From Kineococcus sp. SYSU DK019 (GTDB taxonomy: Bacteria > Actinomycetota > Actinomycetes > Actinomycetales > Kineococcaceae), in assembly GCF_050871625.1 (NCBI RefSeq), contig NZ_JBJLRS010000003.1: DNA of 64,000 nt. The stretch is one strand, 5' to 3'. The position numbers and the translations under genes were made by a program. The notes under the pieces were generated by a model. The model was not told the origin of the DNA and made no database searches. It was given only the letters and a program-made list of their open reading frames with translations. This document shows positions 44,112 to 54,020 of this stretch, one piece after another (the stretch's first letter is position 1; each line of letters starts with the position of its first letter).

Positions 44112-44930
44112 TCAGGGCCGTGGTTGCCAGGCCATGTCGCCGCAGGTCTGCATGTGCGGATCGGGGTTCTCGGGGTCGAAGGGCACGCCCGTGCGCGAGG
44201 TGATGCGCCCGCCGGTGGTCGCGGTCACGCAGTCCCCGTCGACCGCGGACGTCAGGAAGAAGGACTTCCCGTCCGGTGACCAGGTGAAGTCGTCCGTGGC
44301 GAGCGCGGTGCGACGAGGTCGTGACCCGTCGGCATCGGCGATGGTGATGCGCCCGTCCTTCACGTAGGCGAGGTGCCGTCCGTCCGGGGAGTACTCGGGG
44401 TTCCACGCCCCCGGGACGAGGAGCCTGTCGCCCGAGCCGTCCGACGCGACCGTGCGGACGCCCTCGCGGGACGAGTAGGCGATCGTCCTGCCGTCCCGGG
44501 ACCACGCGGGGTCCCCGCCCAGTTCCCACAGCGGCAGGAGCCGGCGGATCTCCTGCCCGGTGCGGGGGTCGAGGATCCTCAGCGACGGGCTGTCCACCGC
44601 GAGCTGCTTGCCGTCCGGGCTCCACGCGCTCCGGTACGACTGGGTGCCGATTTCCCGAGGTGGCAGGCACTCGTCGACGTTCACCACGAACAACCGTTCC
44701 GACGTGGTGAACGTCATGTAGCGGCCGGTGGGGGAGAACGAGAACCCACCGATGTACTCCGCGCCGTCCAGGCCGCTCCAGTCCCCACCCCCGCAGGGAG
44801 CTTCGTACGTGATCCCCCACGTGTACGCCTTCGCCCCGTTCTCCCCCGGGTGCTGCGCGGCGGCTGGTGCGACGGCGGTGATCAGTGCTGCGGCTGCGAC
44901 GGCGCACCCGGCAGCGATCGACTTCTTCAC
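44112..44930 (-). CDS. Secreted PD40/TolB-like beta-propeller repeat protein (paralogue 1)
   Basis: Signal peptide ...AVAPAAAQHPGENG and repeated WSPDG / YSPDGR PD40 motifs. GTG start with RBS GAGGGGGAA. Confidence 0.6.
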   Translation of the reverse strand: MKKSIAAGCAVAAAALITAVAPAAAQHPGENGAKAYTWGITYEAPCGGGDWSGLDGAEYIGGFSFSPTGRYMTFTTSERLFVVNVDECLPPREIGTQSYRSAWSPDGKQLAVDSPSLRILDPRTGQEIRRLLPLWELGGDPAWSRDGRTIAYSSREGVRTVASDGSGDRLLVPGAWNPEYSPDGRHLAYVKDGRITIADADGSRPRRTALATDDFTWSPDGKSFFLTSAVDGDCVTATTGGRITSRTGVPFDPENPDPHMQTCGDMAWQPRP

Positions 44931-45083
44931 GGTTCCCCCTCGAACTGGTCGTGGTCCCTCGTGGCAACTGCTCGACGCAGGAGTTCCTCGACTCGTGCAC
45001 CTCTGCCTCTGGGGGGAGGTGCACGAGGACGTGGCCACCGCAGGTGCGACGTGGCCGTGGAGCGACGGCGCGGGGCGCGCTCG

Positions 45084-45944
45084 TCAGGGCTTGCGGCCCC
45101 ACGCGAACACGTGGCAGCCCGAGTAGCCGAACCGCTCCACGATCCGCCCGCTCGTCGTCGCCACCACGCACTCGGCGGTGACGGTGCTGCTCAGCGCGAA
45201 TCGCGTGCCGTCGGGCGAGTAGGACATGTTCATGTACGTGGAGATCGGTGTCACGGCGACAGCGCCGCCGGTACCGGCGTCGGCGGTGGCGATGCGCCTG
45301 TCGCTGGTGCGGACGTAGGCGATGCGCTTGCCGACGGGGTGGTAGTCCGGGTCGGTGGCGTCGCGCACGAGCACCTTCGACGCCCCTCCCGTCGGCGCGA
45401 TCGTGCGCACGACGCTCCGGCCGCCCTCCACGACGCTGTACGCGATCCGCCCGCCACCGGGGTGCCAGGTCAGGCCGGATTCCACGGCGGCCGGGGTGTT
45501 CGTGAGCCGGCGGATCGTGGCGCCGGTCTGCGGGCTGATCACGTGCACGTCACCGCCGCGCGAGATCGCCAGCTGCTTGCCGTCCGGCGACCAGGCCAGG
45601 TCCCCGGCCGCAGTGCCGATCGCCCGCGGCGGGTAGCAGTTGACGGTGTCGACGACGTACAGGTTGGTGCCCATCTCCGGGTTCCAGGCGCTGAAGGCGT
45701 AGTAGCGCCCCGACGCGGAGAACGCCCCGCCGCCCTCGGGCATCTGGTCGAAGGGCGTCCAGTCGTCGTCGTGGTCGTACGGGTACCCGCTCAGGCACGG
45801 GGCGCGGAAGTCGGTGCCGTCCGAGATGGACGTGATCGGGCCGTTCGGCCCGGGGTGCTGAGCGGCCGCCCCGGTGGCGGTGCACACCACCACCGCCGCC
45901 GCGGCTGCGGCGCCCGCGGCGAGGGTGGTCAGGAAGCGCTTCAT
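45084..45944 (-). CDS. Secreted PD40/TolB-like beta-propeller repeat protein (paralogue 2)
   Basis: Signal peptide ...ATGAAAQHPGPNG, and WSPDGKQLA / YSPDGTRFA motifs. Confidence 0.6.
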   Translation of the reverse strand: MKRFLTTLAAGAAAAAAVVVCTATGAAAQHPGPNGPITSISDGTDFRAPCLSGYPYDHDDDWTPFDQMPEGGGAFSASGRYYAFSAWNPEMGTNLYVVDTVNCYPPRAIGTAAGDLAWSPDGKQLAISRGGDVHVISPQTGATIRRLTNTPAAVESGLTWHPGGGRIAYSVVEGGRSVVRTIAPTGGASKVLVRDATDPDYHPVGKRIAYVRTSDRRIATADAGTGGAVAVTPISTYMNMSYSPDGTRFALSSTVTAECVVATTSGRIVERFGYSGCHVFAWGRKP

Positions 45945-46065
45945 CGGTCTCCCCCTCTTCGTCCGGGCGGCGGCACGGCGCCGCCGTCCGGACGACCACG
46001 CTAGGAGTTCCCTGTGCGTGCCGCCGGAGAACGGGGGAAGGGGCTTGGCACCTCTTCGGGGGACG

Positions 46066-46239
46066 TCAGCGCCAGAGCCGCCCGTGCCACGTCAGGCCCT
46101 TGAACAGGCGCACCGAGACGCGACCGCGCGAGTCGACCGTCGTGCGCCCGAAGCGCTTGGAGAAGCTGACGCCGCGGTTCGAGGCGTTCAGCCGCACACC
46201 GCGGCCCAGCACCCTCGAACGCCGGAAGAAGAGACCCAC
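46066..46239 (-). CDS. DUF4236-like miniprotein (57 aa)
   Basis: VGLFFRRSRVLGRGVRLNASNRGVSFSKRFG...VRLFKG resembles the DUF4236 signature (GFRFRKS...GVRLNLSK). The GTG start is inferred. Confidence 0.4.
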   Translation of the reverse strand: MGLFFRRSRVLGRGVRLNASNRGVSFSKRFGRTTVDSRGRVSVRLFKGLTWHGRLWR

Positions 46240-46283
46240 GGCAGGCCAACGCGCCCGCCCCCGTCCCGGTTCCGGGCCGGGCG

Positions 46284-47576
46284 TCAGAGCAGGTACCGGT
46301 ACAGCGGCTCCGCCGCCGAGATCCGCTCGAACGACGGGGGAGCGGCGGCCATCCGCTCCAGCAGCGCCGGCAGGTCGTCGCGGGAGGGGATCTCGATGCC
46401 CACCAGCGCCGGGCCCGTCTCGCGGTTGCTGCGCTTGACGTACTCGAACAGCGTGATGTCGTCGTCCGGACCGAGCACCTCGTCCAGGAAGCGCCGCAGC
46501 GCCCCCGGCTCCTGCGGGAACTCCACCAGGAAGTAGTGCTTGCGACCCTCGTGCACCAGCGCGCGCTCGACGACCTCCGCGTACCGGCTGACGTCGTTGT
46601 TGCCGCCGGAGACCACGCACACCACGCTCTGCCCCGGCTCCACCCGCACTGCCCCGGCCAGCGCGGCCGTCGCCAGCGCCCCCGCGGGCTCGGCGATGAT
46701 CCCGTCGCTCTGGTACATCGCCAGCATCTCCACGCAGATCGCCCCCTCGGGCACGGTGACCAGCTCCACCGGCGCCCCGGCCACCACCGCGTGCGTGACG
46801 TCCCCCACGCGGCGCACCGAGGCGCCGTCGACGAAGGAGTCCAGCTGCTCCAGGCGGACCGGGCCGCCGGCCGCCAGCGCCGCCGCCATCGACGGCGCAC
46901 CCTCCGGCTCCACCCCGACGACCCGCACCCCCGGGTGCCGCTCGCGCACCCACGTCAGCACCCCGGCGAGCAGGCCGCCGCCGCCCACCGGCACCACCAG
47001 GACGTCCGGCGGCGCCTCGCCCAGCTCGGCGAGCTGCTCCAGGACCTCCACCGCGACGGTGCCCTGGCCGGTGAGGGTGCGCACGTCGTCGAACGCCGGT
47101 ACGACGGTCGCCCCGGTCTCCTGCGCCTCCAGGGCGGCGGCGGCCGCGGACTCGTCGTAGGTGTCGCCGAGCACCACCGTGTGCACGAACTCCTGCCCGA
47201 GCGCGGCGATGCGGTCGCGCTTCTGGCGCGGGGTCGTGCGCGGCACGTACACGCGTCCGTGCACCCGCAGCGCGGCGCACGCGTACGCCACGCCCTGCGC
47301 GTGGTTGCCCGCGCTGGCGGTGACGACACCGCGCTCGCGCTCGGCGGCGGTGAGCTGCGCGACGAGGTTGTACGCGCCGCGCAGCTTGTAGGAGCGCACC
47401 ACCTGCAGGTCCTCGCGCTTGAGGCGCACGTGCGCGCCCGTCGCCGCCGACCAGCGCGCGTTGGTCAGCAGCGGGGTGCGCGTGACCACCCCGTCGAGCC
47501 GCCGCGCGGCCGCCTCGACGGCGGCTGCGTCGGGCAGGGTCGTCGTCGCGGTCGGCCGCGGCACCTCTAGCGTCAT
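46284..47576 (-). CDS. ilvA: Threonine ammonia-lyase (biosynthetic, with C-terminal ACT-like domain)
   Basis: PLP lysine SYKLRGA and GGGGL glycine loop. Confidence 0.9.
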   Translation of the reverse strand: MTLEVPRPTATTTLPDAAAVEAAARRLDGVVTRTPLLTNARWSAATGAHVRLKREDLQVVRSYKLRGAYNLVAQLTAAERERGVVTASAGNHAQGVAYACAALRVHGRVYVPRTTPRQKRDRIAALGQEFVHTVVLGDTYDESAAAAALEAQETGATVVPAFDDVRTLTGQGTVAVEVLEQLAELGEAPPDVLVVPVGGGGLLAGVLTWVRERHPGVRVVGVEPEGAPSMAAALAAGGPVRLEQLDSFVDGASVRRVGDVTHAVVAGAPVELVTVPEGAICVEMLAMYQSDGIIAEPAGALATAALAGAVRVEPGQSVVCVVSGGNNDVSRYAEVVERALVHEGRKHYFLVEFPQEPGALRRFLDEVLGPDDDITLFEYVKRSNRETGPALVGIEIPSRDDLPALLERMAAAPPSFERISAAEPLYRYLL

Positions 47577-47602
47577 GCCCCGATCCTCCCGCGCGCCCGG
47601 GC

Positions 47603-47998
47603 GTGCTCGCGACGAGGGGCCGGGCGGTGGGCGAGGTCGGGGAGGTGCGGGTGGACGGGGCGCAGGTGGTGGTGCGCACCGCGGCGCTGTTCGCCGCGGC
47701 CGCGGTGCTGGAGATCGGCGGCGCGTGGCTGGTGTGGCAGGGCGTGCGCGAGCACCGCGGCTGGTGGTGGTGCGGTCTGGGTGCGCTGGCGCTGGCCGGC
47801 TACGGGTTCGTCGCCGCCCTGCAGCCGGAGGCGTCGTTCGGGCGGGTGCTGGCCGCCTACGGAGGGGTGTTCGTCGCCGGCTCCCTGCTGTGGGGGGTGG
47901 CCGTCGACGGCTTCCGCCCCGACCGCTGGGACCTCACCGGCGCGGCCGTCTGCCTGGTGGGGGCGGCGATCATCGTGCTGGCCCCCAGGAGCCCTTGA
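47603..47998 (+). CDS. ynfA: YnfA family (UPF0060) small membrane protein
   Basis: [14 protein letters not shown] and [14 protein letters not shown] motifs. The true start is probably an internal GTG. Confidence 0.65.
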   Translation: MLATRGRAVGEVGEVRVDGAQVVVRTAALFAAAAVLEIGGAWLVWQGVREHRGWWWCGLGALALAGYGFVAALQPEASFGRVLAAYGGVFVAGSLLWGVAVDGFRPDRWDLTGAAVCLVGAAIIVLAPRSP

Positions 47999-48181
47999 GC
48001 GCGGCCCCCGCGACTGCGGGGCCGGGGGAGAGGGTGGAGGTGGCGCCGGACCGGGAAGCGCCTCACGGCGCATCGCCGCTCGTAGCGGCTTCAGTTGGGA
48101 CCCGGGGCTACCGCGGCCCGGCGCCTCGACCATTGTAACGACCGGGCCACGGATCCGGCGCGGTCGAGGGTGGGGCGGGGG

Positions 48182-48796
48182 TCAGCCGAGCTCGCCGGCG
48201 CGCCACCGGTGCGCCACCGCCTCCAGTTGCTCGGCGGTGCGCAGCATGCGCGCCGCCGAGAGCGTCAGGGCCGCCGCCGCGTCCTCCGGGTCCGGGTGGC
48301 GCCCGGTGTGGCGGGGCTCGTCGGCGTGGTGGGCGCGGCCCACCGCGACGATCCGGCAGAACGCCGCCGCCCGCTCCAGCGTCACCGCGAAGTCGCCCTC
48401 CGCCACCCCGGCGAGCACCTGGTCGACGACCGCGGCGACCTCGGCCGGCCCCGGGGGGTCCGCCACCCCCGCCACCACCTCCAGCACCGGGGTGTACCGG
48501 CGGCCCTCGGCGTACTGCCGGGCCACCGCCGCGGGGGCGCGCTGCACCCAGGTGCGCAGCACGTACAGCCGCCACAGCGCACCGGCCAGGGAGTCGGCGG
48601 GTGCGTCCGCCCACAGCGCGGCGATGACCTCCAGGCCCTCCTCCTGCGCCAGGCGCACCACCCGCCGCGTCACCTCCGCGTCCTGCGCCGAGCGCGCCCC
48701 GTGCACCAGCGCGCTGGCGGCCGCGTGCGCCGCCTCCTGCGCCGCGGACGGGTCGACGCCACCGGCCAGGGCGACGAGGGCGTCGGGGCCGGGCAT
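48182..48796 (-). CDS. Hypothetical protein
   Basis: Codon-usage-consistent ORF with no recognisable motif. The start was trimmed to the internal ATG. Confidence 0.3.
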   Translation of the reverse strand: MPGPDALVALAGGVDPSAAQEAAHAAASALVHGARSAQDAEVTRRVVRLAQEEGLEVIAALWADAPADSLAGALWRLYVLRTWVQRAPAAVARQYAEGRRYTPVLEVVAGVADPPGPAEVAAVVDQVLAGVAEGDFAVTLERAAAFCRIVAVGRAHHADEPRHTGRHPDPEDAAAALTLSAARMLRTAEQLEAVAHRWRAGELG

Positions 48797-48944
48797 CGCG
48801 GGGCGGTGGTGGCGGCGGGGCGGCTGCGCGCCGGGGGAGTCGGGCACGGTGCCGATGGTGCCACCGGGCACCCGTTCCTGCCGAGGGGCCTGCCGAGGGG
48901 CCTGCCGAGGGGTTCGCCGCCGGGGCGCCGGGGGTGCGTCCGGC

Positions 48945-49374
48945 TCAGCCGGTGAACGGCGGCGGCGCAGCGGCCAGCGTGGCGCGCGGGCAGTCGCGCA
49001 ACCGCAACCCGCCGTGGCTGAGCGCCTCGTCGCACAGGGACTCCACGCTCCAGCCCAGGTCGGCGCCGAAGCGTGTCACGGTGACGCGGTAGACGGTGAT
49101 CTCGTAGCGGGTCGGCGTGCCGTACGCGACGTGGATGCGGCCGATCAGCTCGGCCCCGGCCACGTTCTCCGCCCCGTTCCAGGGACGGTCGAAGCGGCTC
49201 CACAGGCTCGGGCCGCTCTGCCACACCCCGCCGTTCTGCACGTCGCGCAGCGCCAGCTCGACCAGGACGGCGCGCGCGGCCTCCTCGGGCACGATGGCGG
49301 CGGGCCGGATGACCTCGGACAGCTCGCCCTGCGGGGAGGTCCGGGGCGCGGGGGCCGGCTGCTCGTGCACGACC
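48945..49374 (-). CDS. Hypothetical protein (about 143 aa)
   Basis: A GTG preceded by GGGAGG. It is divergent from the DUF3145 gene. No motif was recognised. Confidence 0.3.
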
Positions 49375-49571
49375 TCCCATCGGCAGACACCGGTGGGGCC
49401 TGAAGCGCGACACGCCGGTGTCCCGCCCCGCGAGGGGTGGTGGTGCCCGCCGTAGCGGTGAGGCATGATGAACGCAACAGCACGTCCGGTAGTCGTTCGG
49501 ACACGTTCACCTGTGCGTGGTGCGAGGCCGTTGGGGAAGACGCCCTTCACACCGATGCAGAGGAGGACGGC

Positions 49572-50084
49572 ATGTCCGGTGCGATCACCCGCGGCGTGCT
49601 CTACGTGCACTCCGCACCGCGAGCGCTCGTCCCGCACGTCGAGTGGGCGGCCGGCGGTGTCCTCGGCGTGCGCGCGTCCTTCGACTGGACCGCGCAGCCG
49701 ATCGCGCAGGGCTGCCTGCGCGCCGAGTACTCCTGGCAGGCCCCGCAGGGCTCGGGAGCCCGGCTGGCCTCCGCCCTGCGCGGCTGGGCGCACCTGCGCT
49801 TCGAGGTCACCGAGGAACCCAGCCAGGGCTGCGACGGCGGCCGCTGGAGCCACACCCCCTCGCTGGGCATCTTCCACGCCGTCACCGACGTGCACGGCAA
49901 CGTCCAGGTCCCCGAGGACCGGGTCCGCGCCGCCCTGGAGCTGCTGGACGGCCCCGCCGCCGACCCGGCCGCGGCCCGCCGCGCCCTCGCCCTGGCCGTG
50001 GGCGAGGCGTGGGACTGCGAGCTGGAGGTCTTCCGGCACGCCGGTGACGACACCCCGGTGCGCTGGCTGCACCACGTCGGCTGA
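49572..50084 (+). CDS. DUF3145 family protein
   Basis: MSGAITRGVLYVHSAPRALVPHVEWAAGGVLG matches the DUF3145 N-terminus. It is conserved next to the actinobacterial fab operon. RBS aggagga lies upstream. Confidence 0.75.
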   Translation: MSGAITRGVLYVHSAPRALVPHVEWAAGGVLGVRASFDWTAQPIAQGCLRAEYSWQAPQGSGARLASALRGWAHLRFEVTEEPSQGCDGGRWSHTPSLGIFHAVTDVHGNVQVPEDRVRAALELLDGPAADPAAARRALALAVGEAWDCELEVFRHAGDDTPVRWLHHVG

Positions 50085-50191
50085 GGCGCCACGTCGGCTG
50101 AGGAGCACCCGCCGGGAGCGCGAACGCGAGGGCCCCGCACCCGGTGGGTGCGGGGCCCTCGCGCGTGCCCGGCGGGTCGATGGCCGGCGCC

Positions 50192-51442
50192 TCAGGCGGA
50201 GGCGAACACCACGCTGACGTTGTGCCCGCCGAAGCCGAAGGCGTTGTTGACGCCGACCAGCCGGCCCTCGCGCTCCAGCGGGCGCGGGTCCTTGCGCACG
50301 ACGTCCAGGGTGACGTCCGGGTCGAGGTCTTCCACGTTGATCGTCGGCGGCGCCATCCGCTCGCGCAGGGCCAGCACCGTCAGGATGCTCTCCACCGCGC
50401 CGGCCGCACCCAGCAGGTGACCGGTCATCGACTTGGTCGCCGAGACCGCGATGCCCTCCGCGGCGTCGCCCAGCGCCAGTCGCAGACCCTTGTCCTCGGC
50501 CACGTCGCCCGCGGGGGTGGAGGTGGCGTGGGCGTTGACGTGGCAGACGTCGCCCGGGGTCACGCCCGACGCGTGCAGGGCGTCGCGCACGGCGCGGCTG
50601 ACGCCGGCACCCTCCGGCTCGGGAGCGGCGACGTGGTGCGCGTCGGCCGACAGGCCCGCGCCGAGCAGCTCGGCGTGGATCCGCGCGCCGCGCGCCCGGG
50701 CGTGCTCCTCGGACTCCAGCACGACGATGCCCGCGCCCTCGCCCAGGACGAAGCCGTCACGCTGGGTGTCGAAGGGCCGCGAGGCCCGCGCCGGGTCCTC
50801 GTTGCGCCGCGACAGCGCGTGCATCGACGCGAACGAGGCGATCGGCAGGGGGTGGATGGCCGCCTCGGTGCCGCCGGCGATGACCACGTCGGCGCGACCC
50901 GTGCGGATCATGTCGGCGCCGTAGGCCAGGGCCTCCGCGCCCGAGGCGCACGCGCTGACGGGGGTGTGCGCACCGGCGCGGGCGGTGAACTCCAGGCTGA
51001 TCGCCGAGGTCGGCCCGTTGCCCATGAGCATCGGCACCGTCAGCGGCAGGACGCGGCGGGCGCCCTTCTCGCGCAGGGTGTCGTAGGCGGTCAGCAGGGT
51101 CCAGATGCCGCCGATGCCGGTGGCCACCACCGAGGCCAGCCGCAGCGGGTCCACGTCCGGGGTCCCGGCGTCGGCCCACGCCTCCCGGGCGGCGATCACG
51201 GCGAACTGCTGGGAGGGGTCCAGGCGCTTGACCTCGCGGCGCTCCAGGACCTCATCGGCCGGCACGGCCGCCTGCGCGGCGAACGTGACGGGCAGGTCGT
51301 ACTCCTCGGTCCAGGGGGCGCTGATGGGGCGCGCCCCGGAGCGGCCGGCGAGGGCGGCCTCCCAGGTGGATCGGACGTCCCCGCCGAGCGGTGTCGTCGC
51401 TCCCATCCCGGTGACGACGACGCGGCGAGCGGTCGCGGTCAT
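50192..51442 (-). CDS. fabF: Beta-ketoacyl-ACP synthase II
   Basis: Active-site Cys (SACASG) and His-His (HATST...GH). Confidence 0.9.
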   Translation of the reverse strand: MTATARRVVVTGMGATTPLGGDVRSTWEAALAGRSGARPISAPWTEEYDLPVTFAAQAAVPADEVLERREVKRLDPSQQFAVIAAREAWADAGTPDVDPLRLASVVATGIGGIWTLLTAYDTLREKGARRVLPLTVPMLMGNGPTSAISLEFTARAGAHTPVSACASGAEALAYGADMIRTGRADVVIAGGTEAAIHPLPIASFASMHALSRRNEDPARASRPFDTQRDGFVLGEGAGIVVLESEEHARARGARIHAELLGAGLSADAHHVAAPEPEGAGVSRAVRDALHASGVTPGDVCHVNAHATSTPAGDVAEDKGLRLALGDAAEGIAVSATKSMTGHLLGAAGAVESILTVLALRERMAPPTINVEDLDPDVTLDVVRKDPRPLEREGRLVGVNNAFGFGGHNVSVVFASA

Positions 51443-51530
51443 GGTCGGTCAACTCCTTCTCGAGCGGTGACGGCTGCGGTGCCGGGCCGGCCCGCTGCGT
51501 GCGGGCCGGCCTCGCGGCGGTGCGGGCTGC

Positions 51531-51776
51531 TCAGCCCTGGGCCTGGGAGATGTAGGCGACGGCGTCGCCCACCGTCCGCAGGTTCTTCACGTCCTCGTCG
51601 GGGATGCGCACCCCGAACTTCTCCTCGGCGTTCACGACGATCGTCATCATCGACAGCGAGTCGATGTCGAGGTCCTCCGTGAAGGACTTGTCGGCCTGCA
51701 CGCTGTCGGTGGGCAGGCCCGTCTCCTCGTTCACGATCTCGGCGAGACCGCTGAGGATCTCCTGCTCGCTGGCCAT
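51531..51776 (-). CDS. acpP: Acyl carrier protein
   Basis: DLDIDSLS phosphopantetheine-attachment site. Confidence 0.9.
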   Translation of the reverse strand: MASEQEILSGLAEIVNEETGLPTDSVQADKSFTEDLDIDSLSMMTIVVNAEEKFGVRIPDEDVKNLRTVGDAVAYISQAQG

Positions 51777-51877
51777 GCGTCGCTCCTTCGGTGGGGGTGG
51801 CCGGGAAACCCGGTCCACCTCGTCGGCCTGGTGCGCCGGTGAGCGCCCAGGGGTCTGGTGGGGGCCGCGGGGGCGGC

Positions 51878-52921
51878 TCAGGGCAGGCGCACGACCTGCG
51901 CGGCGTAGGACAGCCCGGCGCCGTAGCCGATGAGCAGGGCCAGTCCCCCGGAGGGGGCGTGCCCGTCGGCCACGGCGCGCTCCATCGCCAGCGGCACGCT
52001 GGCGGCAGAGGTGTTGCCCATGTCGACGATGTCGCGGGCCACGTGCACGGACTCCGGCAGCTTCAGCTGCTTGACCATCGCGTCGATGATGCGCGCGTTC
52101 GCCTGGTGCGGCACGAACACGTCGATCTCCTCGGCGCGCACGCCCGCGGCGTCCAGGGCGCGCTGGGCGACGGGCGCCATCTGCCAGACCGCCCAGCGGA
52201 ACACCGACTGGCCCTGCTGCTCCAGGTACGGCCACTTCTCCGGCTCCTGGGCGGCGGCCTCCGCGGCGATCGGGTCGGCGGCCGCGGCGGGGGAGGCGCG
52301 CAGGTCCAGCCAGGAGAACTTCGAGCGGATGGCGTCGGCCTGCGAACCGTCCGAGCCCCACACCGTGGGACCGATGCCGACCTCGTCGGAGGCGCCCACC
52401 ACGGCGGCGCCGGCGCCGTCGGCGAACAGGAACGCCGTGGAACGGTCGTGCTTGTCCGTGAAGTCGGACAGCTTGTCCACGCCGACGACCAGCACGGTGC
52501 CGGCGGTGCCGCCGCGCACGAGGTCGCTGGCCAGGGCGATGCCGTGGCAGAAGCCGGCGCAGCCGGCGGAGATGTCGAAGGCCGCGGCGGGCGTGGCGCC
52601 GAGGCGGTCGGCCAGGACCGCGGCGGCGGCCGGGGTCTGGTACGGGTAGGAGACGGTCGCCAGCACGACCGCGTCGACGTCGGAGCCGGTCAGCCCCGCG
52701 GCGGCCAGCGCCTTGGCCGCGGCGTCCTCGGACATCTCCACGACGCCGACGTCCTCGGCCGCCCAGCGGCGGGTGCGGATGCCGGTGCGCTGCTGGATCC
52801 ACTCGTCGGAGGAGTCGATCCAGGTGCACACCTCCTCGTTGTCGATGATCCGCGGCGGGCGGTGCGCGCCGATCCCGAGGATGCGCGAGTGGCGCGCGGC
52901 GGGGGCCTGGATGTCGGTCAC
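51878..52921 (-). CDS. fabH: Beta-ketoacyl-ACP synthase III
   Basis: AGCAGF active-site Cys and HQAN, GNTSAAS motifs. The GTG start overlaps the fabD stop. Confidence 0.9.
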   Translation of the reverse strand: MTDIQAPAARHSRILGIGAHRPPRIIDNEEVCTWIDSSDEWIQQRTGIRTRRWAAEDVGVVEMSEDAAAKALAAAGLTGSDVDAVVLATVSYPYQTPAAAAVLADRLGATPAAAFDISAGCAGFCHGIALASDLVRGGTAGTVLVVGVDKLSDFTDKHDRSTAFLFADGAGAAVVGASDEVGIGPTVWGSDGSQADAIRSKFSWLDLRASPAAAADPIAAEAAAQEPEKWPYLEQQGQSVFRWAVWQMAPVAQRALDAAGVRAEEIDVFVPHQANARIIDAMVKQLKLPESVHVARDIVDMGNTSAASVPLAMERAVADGHAPSGGLALLIGYGAGLSYAAQVVRLP

Positions 52922-53898
52922 TGGACGCCTCCTGCGCCGGCCGGGACGGCCGCGGCGGCCCCGTGCTCGGCGATCACGGTTCGGGCCCGCTCGAGGTCGG
53001 CGGGCGTCTTCAGGGCGAGGACGTCGATCCCCTTCAGCTGGCGCTTGGCGAGGTTCACCAGCGTGCCGGCCGGCGCCAGCTCGATCAGCGCGGTGACGCC
53101 CAGGCGCCGGAACGCCTCGGTGCACAGGTCCCAGCGCACCGGCCGGCTGACCTGCGCCACCAGGCGCCGCAGCAGCTCACCGCCGTCGGTGACCAGCTCG
53201 CCGTCGGCGTTGGCGGCCAGCGGCACGGTGGCGGTGCCCGGCTCCACGCCCGCCGCCAGCTCGCGCAGCGTCCCGACCGCGGGCGCCATGTGCTCGGTGT
53301 GGAAGGCGCCGGCCACCTGCAGCGGCACCACCCGGGCCCTCGCGGGGGGTTCGTCGGCCAACGCCGCCAGGGCGCTCAGCTCGCCGGCGGCTACGACCTG
53401 CCCGCCGCCGTTGTCGTTGGCGGCCGTCAGGCCCAGCCGGGACAGGGTCGCGGCGACCTCGGCGGGGTCGCCGCCGAGGACGGCGCTCATGCCGGTGGGG
53501 TGCGCGGCCGCGGCGCTCGCCATGGCCCGCCCGCGCTCGCGCACCAGCACCAGGGCCTGCTCGGGGCTCAGGGCCCCGGTGGCCGCCGCGGCGGTCAGCT
53601 CGCCGACGGAGTGCCCGGCGACGGCGCCGGCGATCCCCGCCAGCTGCTCGGGACCCTGCACCAGCTCGCGCAGGACCACCAGGCCGGCGGCGACGATGAG
53701 CGGCTGGGCCACGGCGGTGTCGCGCAGCGTCTCGGCGTCGGAGACGGTGCCGTGCGCCACGAGGTCGTCGCCGACCACGGCGGAGGCCCACCGCAGGCGG
53801 TCGGCGACGCCGGGCAGTTCCAGCCAGGGGGCCAGGAAGCCCGGGGACTGCGAACCCTGGCCGGGGAAGACGAAGACGAGCACCTGACGAGCGTGCAC
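52918..53898 (-). CDS. fabD: Malonyl CoA-ACP transacylase
   Basis: FPGQGSQ and GHSVGE motifs. Confidence 0.85.
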   Translation of the reverse strand: MHARQVLVFVFPGQGSQSPGFLAPWLELPGVADRLRWASAVVGDDLVAHGTVSDAETLRDTAVAQPLIVAAGLVVLRELVQGPEQLAGIAGAVAGHSVGELTAAAATGALSPEQALVLVRERGRAMASAAAAHPTGMSAVLGGDPAEVAATLSRLGLTAANDNGGGQVVAAGELSALAALADEPPARARVVPLQVAGAFHTEHMAPAVGTLRELAAGVEPGTATVPLAANADGELVTDGGELLRRLVAQVSRPVRWDLCTEAFRRLGVTALIELAPAGTLVNLAKRQLKGIDVLALKTPADLERARTVIAEHGAAAAVPAGAGGVQ

Positions 53899-54020
53899 TG
53901 CGCCACCTGGTGTTCACGGTGACGACGCTCACGGACTTTGCCCGCGCCCGTTGTGGGAAACCTACAAGTCGCTCAGCGGCGACCCCGGGTGCTTCACTGA
54001 GCGTGAGGAACCGTCACAGC

